A stretch of 57,947 nt of DNA from a virus. Its lineage: Duplodnaviria; Caudoviricetes. Location of the stretch: the IMG/VR virus record IMGVR_UViG_3300038317_000024, positions 1 to 57,947 of that record. One strand, written 5' to 3'. How positions within the stretch are numbered: position 1 is the stretch's first letter; the number at the start of each line of letters is the position of its first letter. This document shows, in pieces, positions 26,981 to 36,282 of this stretch. The position numbers were made by a program, and so were the translations under genes. The notes under the pieces are model-generated. The model was not told the DNA's origin. It worked only from the letters and a program-made list of their open reading frames with translations, and did no database searches.

Positions 26981-29900
26981 TGATCAGGATCAAGAAATCA
27001 ATTCACCGACACCCGGTACTCAAAGCTAAAAAGAAAAGCGCAGCTGCAGAGGACGTCCTCGAAAAGCTCAATTCATTTCTTGATGCAACGGAACCAGAAC
27101 CGGTTTATTTCCTCACCAGGATGTGGAATGATCAGCAGCAGGCAGTAACATACAAAGAACTCCGGGAGGCAATACAAAGCGGACACCTGGATGAGAAGAC
27201 CCTGCAGGCATGGCAAAACGACTATGCTAATTTTGTTAATGAGAAATTGAAACCGGTATGGACAGAAGCAATGACGGCGGCCAATGCAGACCTGATGGCC
27301 AAGCACCCGGATTATTTCTTTGATCCAATGAGCCAGGAAGTGCTCAAATGGACAAATGAGCACGGAGCCCAGTGGGTATCTTCGATATCAGACGAGCAAA
27401 AGGAAGCCATAACAGCAATGCTGGATAATTCATTCAGCGGAGATTTTACAGTTGATGAACTGGCCAGGGCAATACGCCCGACCGTAGGACTGAACAAAAC
27501 CCAGTCAAAGGCGAACGTCAACTATTACAAACACATAAAAGAGAGCTTGCTGGAGAATAACCCAGGCATGAAAGAGACCACGGCCGAGAAGAGGGCGAGG
27601 GATGCAGCCCAGAAGTACGCAGCCAAGCAGCACAGACAAAGAGCTTTCACAATAGCAACCACAGAAATGGCCTTCGCTTATAACAAGGGAGCTGACGAAG
27701 GAATGAAACAGGCCCAGGCGCAGAACCTCATAGGCAAGGTAAAAAAAGTATGGAGCACAGCAGCCGATGAAGGCGTGTGTTCAATATGCGGAGGATTAGA
27801 CGGAACTGAAATAGATATGGAGGAAGATTTCGACTTCAAAGGGCATACACTGTATAGCGGGCAGAAGCAAACACCCCCAGCTCACCCGCGCTGCAGATGT
27901 GCCGTTCTTTACATTGAGACGGAACCACCAAAGTATCAACCAGAGCCGGAGCCAGATGTAATCCAAACATGGAGCCAGCAAGACCAGGTACCCGTACCAG
28001 AACCACCGGAACCAGAACTACCGAAAATACCAGAGGCACAGAAAATGCCAAAAGGAATGAAGTACAACGGCAAGCCAAACCTCGGACAGACTGGAGAGAT
28101 CCATTCATACCTTGACGAACTGGGAGACGAGTGGTTATTCAAACCAGCACAGACCAAAAGCGGAAATCCGGAAGCCTTCAGGGCATACGTCCAGGAGGCA
28201 GGATATAAAGTCCAAGGAATAGTGGATCCGGAAACAGCAGTACCGGTAGGAACAGGAGAGCTCGGCGGCAAGTTTGGAGCTTTTCAGAAGAGAGTAATGA
28301 CTGTAGACGACACGGTCGACCTGAAGCATTGGCAATACACCAGCGACCAACTACCACCCGGAGCAGCTTCACAGCTTCAAAGGGAACATGTCACAGACTG
28401 GCTGATGGGGAACTTCGATAGTCACGGCGGAAACTTCGTGATGGACGACGCAGGAAAGCTCATAGGATTAGACAAAGAGCAATCATTCAGGTACATCAAC
28501 CAAATAGGCGGCCAGCAAATGAGCTACACCTACCACCCGAACTCAACATATGGAGAGACAGAGCCGATTTATAATACACTGTTTCGTAGGTTTGCAAAGG
28601 GAGAGATTGACCTCGACCTTCAGGACACCCTGACATTTGTTAAGCGGGTAGAAGCCATACCAGATACGCAGTATCGGGAAATATTCAGAGGTTATGCAGA
28701 GGAACTACGAGGTAAAGGTAAAGCTGCAGAGGAACTTCTTGATGAGATCGTCGACAAAAAGGGAAGATTAAGAGAAGACTACCGACAGTTTTATTCAGAC
28801 CTTCTGACCGAGAGAACCGGAAAGAAGCAGGCGTTCATATGGGCCGATGAAGCAGCGCAGCACATGCAGCAGCCATTGACAGCAGTAACGCACAGCCCGG
28901 ACGTCTTAAAAAAGATGAACACGGCAGAGTTAAAGCAGTTGGCAAAGCAAAAGCAGATCCCGTACTACAACAACATGAATAAGACCCAGCTGGTCACCAG
29001 CATATCAGATCCAATAAAGGCACCCGACATGAGCGCCCAGGTAAGAGATAGACTGGCAGCCAATGAAGCGGCCAGGAAGGCAGCAGAAAAAGCACCGGTA
29101 CCGCGAAAGGTGAAAGAGATCCTACCGGCCGACGAGATATTCGCAGACATGTCGAAGCTACCAGACAGCAGACTGGGCGTACCGATAAAGAGTGACAAAG
29201 GAAACGTCGAAGGCTTGAACCTTACCGGCCGACGAATGCAGCTTCTGGACGACGCATCCGGAAGCACATACGAAGTATATGAGGTTTCAGGAAAGCTGAC
29301 AAAAAACACATGGTCAAAGACCTGGGATAAAATGAAGCCGATAGGAGACAACAGCGGAGAATTATTCTTTGAGGCCGCAGACGACGCGAAGAAGCTCTAC
29401 ACTTCCAAAGTTGACCTGGGAGCGTCCATTCGGACAATGACAGTGACCGATGGAGAAACGTCCTTCGAACTTTATATCGACGGTCAGACAAGGCAATACA
29501 ACGGCTGGCGTGGATTTTTCAGAATGAGAACGCCGGTAACATCAAATGGAGCTGTAGATGCAACCAACATGAAAAATATACTTAAAAAGCTGGAACTTGA
29601 CGATTTGATAACAAGTCCAGACGGAGAAGCAGAGATGATCCTAAAGAAGACCCGCCTTGTTTGGCAGAATGCACCGAACCGGATCCAGGAATTAGATGGA
29701 TTGACGCCAGAACAAATCCCGACTAAACTGGATATGATAATAAAGCAAGAGAAAATCGACCTAAAACGTGTAAACAACATGAAGATGGTCAAAGTTTTTG
29801 ATGGATATCAGACCTACATCGAGGAAGGAATACAAGCTACATACGAGAAGGCAGGCCTGAAATACGTATGGACAGGAATACCAGACGCAGACGACATCGT

Positions 29901-30402
29901 CAAAGTCATTCAGAGCCCTGGTTTATTATCAAATAACAACCGTTTCAAAGCAGGAATGAAGAGAGTTGGAGCCAGCCCGGTGGAAGATTTCAGAACCGGA
30001 GGCAGCGATAATGTGTTCACGAGGATAGGCGTCAAGAATAAAAACAACCCTCGATTTGACGACAGCTACCGAGGAAGCAGGTACCGCATTCTTATTGATC
30101 CAAAAGAGATGCAGCGAACAGACTGGTACGCATTCGACAGTGACTCATTCGGAAATTCAGATGCGTCAAGGCTGGCAAGCAGACCATCGCCGGTTGAATT
30201 TATAAAGAATATGGCCACAAGCTACCGCAGCGGAAATGAAATCATGTTCCGACATGGAATAGCGAAGGAGAGCTTCATCGGAATATCATGCCAGAGCAAC
30301 TCATTAAAAGCAGAGCTACTGGATAAATTCAAGAAGGCAAACATTACTGCAGTAAACGGAATACCAATCGAAGACTTCGTAAAGGTGGGATCGACAATAT
30401 GA
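26980..30402 (+). CDS. MuF minor head protein fused to a kinase-like and further C-terminal domains
   Basis: RAFTIATTE, KVWSTAAD..CSIC, PPAHPRCRC (MuF); Pro-rich linker; WLFKP, DWLMGNFDSHGGNF, IGLDKEQSF; Rho-N-like LKKMNTAELKQLAK. Confidence 0.8.
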   Translation: MIRIKKSIHRHPVLKAKKKSAAAEDVLEKLNSFLDATEPEPVYFLTRMWNDQQQAVTYKELREAIQSGHLDEKTLQAWQNDYANFVNEKLKPVWTEAMTAANADLMAKHPDYFFDPMSQEVLKWTNEHGAQWVSSISDEQKEAITAMLDNSFSGDFTVDELARAIRPTVGLNKTQSKANVNYYKHIKESLLENNPGMKETTAEKRARDAAQKYAAKQHRQRAFTIATTEMAFAYNKGADEGMKQAQAQNLIGKVKKVWSTAADEGVCSICGGLDGTEIDMEEDFDFKGHTLYSGQKQTPPAHPRCRCAVLYIETEPPKYQPEPEPDVIQTWSQQDQVPVPEPPEPELPKIPEAQKMPKGMKYNGKPNLGQTGEIHSYLDELGDEWLFKPAQTKSGNPEAFRAYVQEAGYKVQGIVDPETAVPVGTGELGGKFGAFQKRVMTVDDTVDLKHWQYTSDQLPPGAASQLQREHVTDWLMGNFDSHGGNFVMDDAGKLIGLDKEQSFRYINQIGGQQMSYTYHPNSTYGETEPIYNTLFRRFAKGEIDLDLQDTLTFVKRVEAIPDTQYREIFRGYAEELRGKGKAAEELLDEIVDKKGRLREDYRQFYSDLLTERTGKKQAFIWADEAAQHMQQPLTAVTHSPDVLKKMNTAELKQLAKQKQIPYYNNMNKTQLVTSISDPIKAPDMSAQVRDRLAANEAARKAAEKAPVPRKVKEILPADEIFADMSKLPDSRLGVPIKSDKGNVEGLNLTGRRMQLLDDASGSTYEVYEVSGKLTKNTWSKTWDKMKPIGDNSGELFFEAADDAKKLYTSKVDLGASIRTMTVTDGETSFELYIDGQTRQYNGWRGFFRMRTPVTSNGAVDATNMKNILKKLELDDLITSPDGEAEMILKKTRLVWQNAPNRIQELDGLTPEQIPTKLDMIIKQEKIDLKRVNNMKMVKVFDGYQTYIEEGIQATYEKAGLKYVWTGIPDADDIVKVIQSPGLLSNNNRFKAGMKRVGASPVEDFRTGGSDNVFTRIGVKNKNNPRFDDSYRGSRYRILIDPKEMQRTDWYAFDSDSFGNSDASRLASRPSPVEFIKNMATSYRSGNEIMFRHGIAKESFIGISCQSNSLKAELLDKFKKANITAVNGIPIEDFVKVGSTI

Positions 30403-30734
30403 TCAATCAAAGAGCCGTGTACGTATTCAAACCGGCTGGAGCGAAAGACTTCACCGGGATAGCGCTGGACGTACACATTCACAAAGGGAACATACGGTTT
30501 TTCGATACCAACAGAGGCCATGAGCTACCAGGCAAGGTTACAGAGGAGACAGAGAAGGGCTTCACCTTCACACCCACTGGAGCCGCACCGGGAGAATGGC
30601 AATTCAAGGTACTTACAATCGAAGAGTTCAAGCGCAAATATTACAAGCTGGCCGAAGGCGGACAAACGATGGCGGCCAAATTAAATACCACAGACGACCT
30701 CCACCAATGGTACCGGAGGGAGTTCAAGATTTAA
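30399..30734 (+). CDS. Small protein coupled to the MuF fusion (candidate immunity protein)
   Basis: ATGA overlap with MuF stop; followed by terminator-like hairpin. Confidence 0.6.
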   Translation: MINQRAVYVFKPAGAKDFTGIALDVHIHKGNIRFFDTNRGHELPGKVTEETEKGFTFTPTGAAPGEWQFKVLTIEEFKRKYYKLAEGGQTMAAKLNTTDDLHQWYRREFKI

Positions 30735-30764
30735 GGCGAGGAGAGAACCTCGTCTTTTGCTTTT
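30733..30764 (+). terminator. Hairpin terminator after the MuF/small-gene pair
   Basis: AAGGCGAGG / CCTCGTCTT stem followed by TTGCTTTT. Confidence 0.55.
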
Positions 30765-30781
30765 GAAGGGAGGTAGATAGC

Positions 30782-31258
30782 ATGATTAAGTTCAGCGACC
30801 TGGTGAGCGTCCAAAAAGCCAAGGCGGAGCCGAAAGCAAAGACACCAGGAACAGTGAAGGGACGCTTCAAGATACAAAAATCAGACGACGACAAAATGCT
30901 GGCGTTCGGATGGGCCAACGTAGCGATTACAGCCGGAGGCAAGCAAATAGAAGACTACCACGAAGACATGATAGATCCAGAAGAACTGGAACAGGCAGCG
31001 TACAGCTTCGTAGAGTTTTATCGCGAAGGTGGAGAGATGCACGAGCGCGGAGGATGCGCAGTCCTCATAGAGAGTATGGTATTCACAAAAGAGAAAATGA
31101 ACGCCATCGGAATAACCGAAGGCACACTGCCTGAAGGCTGGTGGATCGGCTTCAAAGTAACCGACCCGGACGTCTGGGACAAAGTCAAAGACGGAACCTA
31201 CCCGATGTTTAGCATTGAGGGAGAGGCAGTACGTGAGGAAATCACGGAGGAAGAATAA
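30782..31258 (+). CDS. XkdF-like putative prohead protease
   Basis: FGWA..D..ELEQAAYSF..GEMH..ESMV..GWWIGFKVTD..WDKVKDG.Y.MFSIEG. Confidence 0.78.
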   Translation: MIKFSDLVSVQKAKAEPKAKTPGTVKGRFKIQKSDDDKMLAFGWANVAITAGGKQIEDYHEDMIDPEELEQAAYSFVEFYREGGEMHERGGCAVLIESMVFTKEKMNAIGITEGTLPEGWWIGFKVTDPDVWDKVKDGTYPMFSIEGEAVREEITEEE

Positions 31259-31345
31259 CTCAATATTGATAAACCGAAGGGCGGCGAGCATTCGTCGTTT
31301 TTTGTTTTATAAAAAGACTTTTCAAGGAAGGAGGAAAGAAGCAAA

Positions 31346-32578
31346 ATGGCATCTAAACTGAAAGACCTAAAAATCACAAAGGTTGATTTTGTAGACGCCG
31401 GAGCCAACCCAGAGGCCAACATCCTACTCTTTAAAAATAAAGAAGGTGCCCCGGCAGCGAAATCCACCACAGAGCCAGCAGCGAAAGGAGGTGAGAAAAG
31501 CGATAGTGCAGTAAAGAAGTTTTTCTCGTCCGTAGCGAAAGCCCTGGGAATTGGAGACGAGAACGTCGACCAGGCAGTCGAGGAAATAGCCAAAGGCTAC
31601 GAGGCCGCTACATTCGGAGAGAAGATGAACGAACAGAAGCGCAGACGTGTAACCAGTGAAATCTGGGACGTTTGCTACGCTTTAGAAGAGAGCTTATGTT
31701 CTATCATTTGCGACGACGATGTAGACGAAGCCGATAAACCAGACCTCATGGAACAGAGCCTGAACGAGTTCAGTGAAGCAGTAAAGGGCTTAATACCAAC
31801 ATGGGCACAGGGGAAAACGACAAACAAAATCAACAAGTCAGAGCAACCTATGACACCCGCAAGGCTTGAAATGGCCAAAGCAGCCAAAGAGAAGCTGGAA
31901 ACCATCATAGCCAAAGCGGAACCAACTCCACCGGCCACAGATCCGGCAGGAGATCCAATCAAAAAACAAAAAACGAAAGGAGAAACGGAAGACATGAAGA
32001 TCGACAAAAGCAAATTATCACCTGAAGAGCTAACAGCTCTCGAAGCAATCGAGAAAAAGGCTGGCATTCAGGACGAACCAGCAGGCGACCCTAAACCTGC
32101 AGATGTTAACAAGGGCGCAGGAGCACCCGCAGCCGGTCAGGAACCAGCAGCAGGAGGAGAAGGAGAAGATATATACAAAGGCCTTCATCCTGCAGTAAAG
32201 GCAGAACTTGAAAGACTTCGCAAATCAGCAGACGCAGCAGAGGAAAGAGAGCTGACTGAAATTGCAAAGAAATACGAAATCATCGGTAAAAAAGCCGAAG
32301 AGCTCGTGCCTTTATTTAAGAGCTTAAAGACAGCAGGCGGAAACGCATACGACCAGATGATCACTGTTCTGGACGCAAGCGTAACAGCAGTTGAGAAGTC
32401 CGGCATCTTTTCAGAAATTGGCAAGAAGGGCAACGGAGAAGCCGATGCATGGACAGCCATCGAGAAGCACGCTGACGAGATCCAGAAATCCATGCCAACA
32501 ATGACCAGAACACAGGCCATCGACAAGGCATGCGAACAACACCCAGAACTCGTACACGAATACGAGAATAAGAGATAA
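31346..32578 (+). CDS. Capsid scaffold-like protein
   Basis: LKDLKITKVDFVDAGAN N-terminus; acidic, Ala/Pro-rich, helical; between protease and capsid. Confidence 0.6.
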   Translation: MASKLKDLKITKVDFVDAGANPEANILLFKNKEGAPAAKSTTEPAAKGGEKSDSAVKKFFSSVAKALGIGDENVDQAVEEIAKGYEAATFGEKMNEQKRRRVTSEIWDVCYALEESLCSIICDDDVDEADKPDLMEQSLNEFSEAVKGLIPTWAQGKTTNKINKSEQPMTPARLEMAKAAKEKLETIIAKAEPTPPATDPAGDPIKKQKTKGETEDMKIDKSKLSPEELTALEAIEKKAGIQDEPAGDPKPADVNKGAGAPAAGQEPAAGGEGEDIYKGLHPAVKAELERLRKSADAAEERELTEIAKKYEIIGKKAEELVPLFKSLKTAGGNAYDQMITVLDASVTAVEKSGIFSEIGKKGNGEADAWTAIEKHADEIQKSMPTMTRTQAIDKACEQHPELVHEYENKR

Positions 32579-32590
32579 GGAGGAACAATC

Positions 32591-33199
32591 ATGTATTTTG
32601 GAACAAGTATTAATAACAGCGCCACGATAGTGGCAAAGGCTAATGCAGATATTGCAGCTGGAGAATTTCTGGCTGCAAAATTTACAAGTGGTAAGATTGC
32701 GGTTTGCGGAACAGCAGGCGAAAATTCTCTCGGACTTATTATTCCTGGGCAAGAAGGAATTAAGGCTGGAGAAGACGTTGATATTCAAATTAAGGATATA
32801 GGACTTTGGAAGACCGGTGCAGCAGTTTCAGCAGGAGCAGAATTGACAACTAATGCTTCCGGAAAAGCCATAACTGCCACTGCAGGAGCATTTATTCTGG
32901 CAATTGCATTGGAAGATGCGGCGGCAGAGAATGCAGTAATCAAAGTTCAAGTAATCAAATCCGGTTACAAATCAGGGGGAGTAGTTGCTCCGCTTACATT
33001 AGCAGGGCTTACAGACGTTGATATCACTTCTATTGCAGACGGAGACGCCATCGTTTATGATGGCACAGCCACAAAGTACGTCAACAAAGCACTTTCAATT
33101 GATGATTTAAGTGACGTAGCAATTACAACGCCTGCCGATAAGGAAGTCCTCGAATACGAGGCAGCAACAACAACATGGAAAAACGCAACTAATGCGTAA
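32591..33199 (+). CDS. Capsid cement/decoration protein (DUF2190-like) with C-terminal repeats
   Basis: AGEDVDIQIKDIG..GAELTTNASGKA..AIALEDA; two LxDVxIT repeats. Confidence 0.7.
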   Translation: MYFGTSINNSATIVAKANADIAAGEFLAAKFTSGKIAVCGTAGENSLGLIIPGQEGIKAGEDVDIQIKDIGLWKTGAAVSAGAELTTNASGKAITATAGAFILAIALEDAAAENAVIKVQVIKSGYKSGGVVAPLTLAGLTDVDITSIADGDAIVYDGTATKYVNKALSIDDLSDVAITTPADKEVLEYEAATTTWKNATNA

Positions 33200-33227
33200 A
33201 TAAAGAAATGAAAGGAGACAACAGACA

Positions 33228-34250
33228 ATGAAAGGAACAAGCGTTTCTAATCTTCAGGTAGAAATTGCAAAGGGCTGGAAGCCCAATAACTACCTGACTA
33301 ACATGAGCATGGCCTACTTCCAAGAGGAGGGAGACTTTGTAGCACCTTCAATATTCCCAATTTGCCCCGTAGGATTAAGCTCAAGCTATTACTACACATT
33401 CAGCAAGGCTGACCTTGCGAGAGACAACGTAAGCAGAAAACCTGCCTTCGGAAAGGTTAGCCCTGCTTTAATGGGACAAACAGACAACACATACAAATGC
33501 GAGGTAGACCAGATAATCGTCGGAATCGACCAGATCGACTCTTTGAATTACCAAAGAAGCAGAGCACCAGGAGTAGCAGATCCAAGAAGAGCAAAAGTAA
33601 GATTTGCAACAGAGCAGTTAAAACTCCACTTGGATATCATATTCGCGCAGCACTTCTTCAAACCGGCTGCATGGGGCAACGTATGGACAGGCGCAGCTGC
33701 AGCTGACGAAGCACAAAAGAAATTCCTGAAATTCAGCGATGCAAACTTCGATCCTGTTAACTTCTTCGACGCAAGAATGAAGGAGATCAAACAGAACGGC
33801 CGCAGAAAGCCAAACAGACTGGCACTTGGTGTTGATGCATTCAATGCATTAAAGAACCACCCAGACATCATCGAAAGAGTTAAGTACACCGGCAGCACAG
33901 CAAACCCTGCTATCGTAACAACCGCAGCTCTTGCAGCAATCCTGCAAATTGAACAGGTGAGAGTGCTTGAAAGCACATACAATGCAGGCGGCATCGGGGA
34001 AGAGGATATGCAGTTTGTATGCGCAACAGACGGAGCGCTTCTTTGCTACGCAACAGACAACGCTGCAATCGACGAGCCAAGTGCAGGATATATCTTCACA
34101 TGGGATATGTTAGGCAATGGCCAGTACACAGCACTTGATCAGTATGAAGGCGAGAAGGGAACACATTCAGAGTTCGTGGAAGGCTTAATGAGCACTGACA
34201 TGAAGAAAACCTCTGATGATTTGGCGATTTATTTCGACCAATGCATCTAA
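33228..34250 (+). CDS. Major capsid protein
   Basis: 340 aa after decoration gene; YLTNMSMAYFQ..FVAPSIFP, LKNHPDIIERVKY. Confidence 0.8.
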   Translation: MKGTSVSNLQVEIAKGWKPNNYLTNMSMAYFQEEGDFVAPSIFPICPVGLSSSYYYTFSKADLARDNVSRKPAFGKVSPALMGQTDNTYKCEVDQIIVGIDQIDSLNYQRSRAPGVADPRRAKVRFATEQLKLHLDIIFAQHFFKPAAWGNVWTGAAAADEAQKKFLKFSDANFDPVNFFDARMKEIKQNGRRKPNRLALGVDAFNALKNHPDIIERVKYTGSTANPAIVTTAALAAILQIEQVRVLESTYNAGGIGEEDMQFVCATDGALLCYATDNAAIDEPSAGYIFTWDMLGNGQYTALDQYEGEKGTHSEFVEGLMSTDMKKTSDDLAIYFDQCI

Positions 34251-34267
34251 AAGAAGGAGGAGCATAG

Positions 34268-34816
34268 ATGAACGGTTACACATGCATTAAATCATGCACA
34301 TTTGGAGGCGTCGCTTATTCAGTAGGCGACGCTATCCCTTTTGATGCCGTTCTTCCAAGCCGTGAGAGAGCCCTAATCAAACAAGGCTTTATATCCAAAG
34401 CGGAACATAAATCAGACGCACGCCTGCAGGAAGAGAACGAAAATCTTCAAGAGGAGAATGAAATTCTAACTGCAAGGATAGCAGAGCTGGAAAATTCCGC
34501 AACAGGAGCCCCAGAATCGCCCACAGGAGACGGAAACGAGCAAAGAGACATTGTTGTACCCATAACAGCAAAAGGAGGCGTTCTTGAGCTCGTAATGACG
34601 CCAGAGGACATTATAAAGGCGGTAGCAACCATGCAGCTTAATGCAGAGGAAGCAGCTAAAGCCGTGGGCGAGATTGAGAAGGAGGAAACCCTGATATTGA
34701 TTGACGCACTGGACACGAGAAAAACTGTAAAGACAGCAATCATAGCAAGGGTGGAAGCGATGGAAACCGGCGAAGAAGGCGGCAAAGAGGAGGACAAAGG
34801 CCAGGGTGATGCGTAA
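34268..34816 (+). CDS. Hypothetical head-associated protein
   Basis: Strong RBS; position after capsid gene. Confidence 0.65.
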   Translation: MNGYTCIKSCTFGGVAYSVGDAIPFDAVLPSRERALIKQGFISKAEHKSDARLQEENENLQEENEILTARIAELENSATGAPESPTGDGNEQRDIVVPITAKGGVLELVMTPEDIIKAVATMQLNAEEAAKAVGEIEKEETLILIDALDTRKTVKTAIIARVEAMETGEEGGKEEDKGQGDA

Positions 34817-35247
34817 TGGCAGAGAAAACATTCACGTATGATCCGGCCAAGTTAGGAGAAAACGGCAAAGACAAAATGCGTTTTGAGCTTGGCGACACCA
34901 TGGTAGAGGGAGGAGCCGAAACAACATACCTCACAGACGAGGAAATAACTGCAATATTAGGCGCTTACCCAAACAGATGGAAGAGAGCCAAGCTGGCGCT
35001 TGTTGAAAGCCTGTGTCGACGCTTTTCTTACGAAGTAGATACCGACGTCGGGCCACTTTCCCTGGGCCTTAATGGGCGCGTAGAGGCATGGAGGGAAATG
35101 TATAAGGAACTAAAAGCCGAGATAGGAGGCTACGCAGTACCGAAGGCAAACCCGGCCGCTATTGGCGGCGGTGCTTATTTTTACGCAGGGATGATGGATA
35201 ACCCGTCCGCCGGAGGCAAGGAAGGTGGCGGTAACGATGTATCTTAG
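34816..35247 (+). CDS. Head-tail adaptor/connector
   Basis: DKMRFELGDT..LTDEEI; position. Confidence 0.65.
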   Translation: MAEKTFTYDPAKLGENGKDKMRFELGDTMVEGGAETTYLTDEEITAILGAYPNRWKRAKLALVESLCRRFSYEVDTDVGPLSLGLNGRVEAWREMYKELKAEIGGYAVPKANPAAIGGGAYFYAGMMDNPSAGGKEGGGNDVS

Positions 35248-35581
35248 ACCAGGAAACCTTTATAAGGATTTCACGATCGAGAAAAAAGGAGCAGCCATGA
35301 CCTCGCGTGGCCGAGCCAAGAAGGAATACGAAAGCGAGCCCGGAGACCAAATAAAAGCGGTACTGGCGGAGGCAAAACCCCAGGAGAAGGAGCGATGGCG
35401 GCAGCTTCAACACCCGATAAGTCATACCATAGTTCAAAGAGGAAAACCCAAGGCAGACGCGGAAGACCGTCTGGTCTTTGGAGAGAGATTATTCTTCATT
35501 CAGGGAATAGACGAGCCGGGAGCCTTGGGACTTTGGACGATTTACTATGTGGAGGAACGGTTCGATGGCTATGAACATTAA
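35237..35581 (+). CDS. Head closure protein
   Basis: HPISHTIVQRG..DRLVFGERLFFIQGID; position. Confidence 0.6.
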   Translation: MYLRPGNLYKDFTIEKKGAAMTSRGRAKKEYESEPGDQIKAVLAEAKPQEKERWRQLQHPISHTIVQRGKPKADAEDRLVFGERLFFIQGIDEPGALGLWTIYYVEERFDGYEH

Positions 35582-35990
35582 ACCAGAAATCGACAAGCTG
35601 GTAGACCAAATCAACTTTGAAGCGAAGTCAAGAGCATTCAGAGCCGCCAACGAGCTCCGAAATTCAGCGCTTACAGTTCTACGAGGACAAAGATCTGGCC
35701 GAGTTTATAAGCGGCCATTTTCAAGCAGCAAATACACAGCATCGGCACCGGGGGAACCGCCTGCAGTAAGAAGCGGCGACCTCCGCCGAAGTTGGAGACA
35801 AAAGACAGCGTCGGAAAGCACAGGCAAAGGCCTGACAGTGAAGCCAGCAATCACAACCGACGTAAAATATGCACCATGGCTTGATGAAGGAACCGATAGA
35901 ATGGCACCGCGTCCTTTCGAGGATCCAATCATCGAAGACGCAAAACCCAAGATAAAGGCAATCTACAGCGAGCCGTACCTGAACAAATAA
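35571..35990 (+). CDS. HK97 gp10-like neck protein
   Basis: ASAPGEPPAVRSGDLRRSW, YAPWLDEGT..MAPRPF. Confidence 0.75.
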   Translation: MNIKPEIDKLVDQINFEAKSRAFRAANELRNSALTVLRGQRSGRVYKRPFSSSKYTASAPGEPPAVRSGDLRRSWRQKTASESTGKGLTVKPAITTDVKYAPWLDEGTDRMAPRPFEDPIIEDAKPKIKAIYSEPYLNK

Positions 35991-36006
35991 GGGAAGGAGG
36001 GAAGCC

Positions 36007-36282
36007 ATGCCATTAATTACAGACAGTACCGAAAAGGTATTTGATATAAGCAGCGTGCACAAAGGAGACCTAATCAGAGCACAATACAGCGGATGGGACG
36101 AGCCAAGAAACGGCATCATTACAGCGGTAAGCGAAGATAAGCTGACCGTTTTATTTTTGCCTGGCATTGGGAATGTCACGAATTATTACACCATCCTGGC
36201 CACAGAGGTTCAAGCAAGCAAATGGACGGTTAAATGGTCGACAGACCTGCAGACGATCAACACGGAAGGCGTCGTAGTATGA
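36007..36282 (+). CDS. Hypothetical protein
   Basis: Strong RBS in structural operon. Confidence 0.65.
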   Translation: MPLITDSTEKVFDISSVHKGDLIRAQYSGWDEPRNGIITAVSEDKLTVLFLPGIGNVTNYYTILATEVQASKWTVKWSTDLQTINTEGVVV

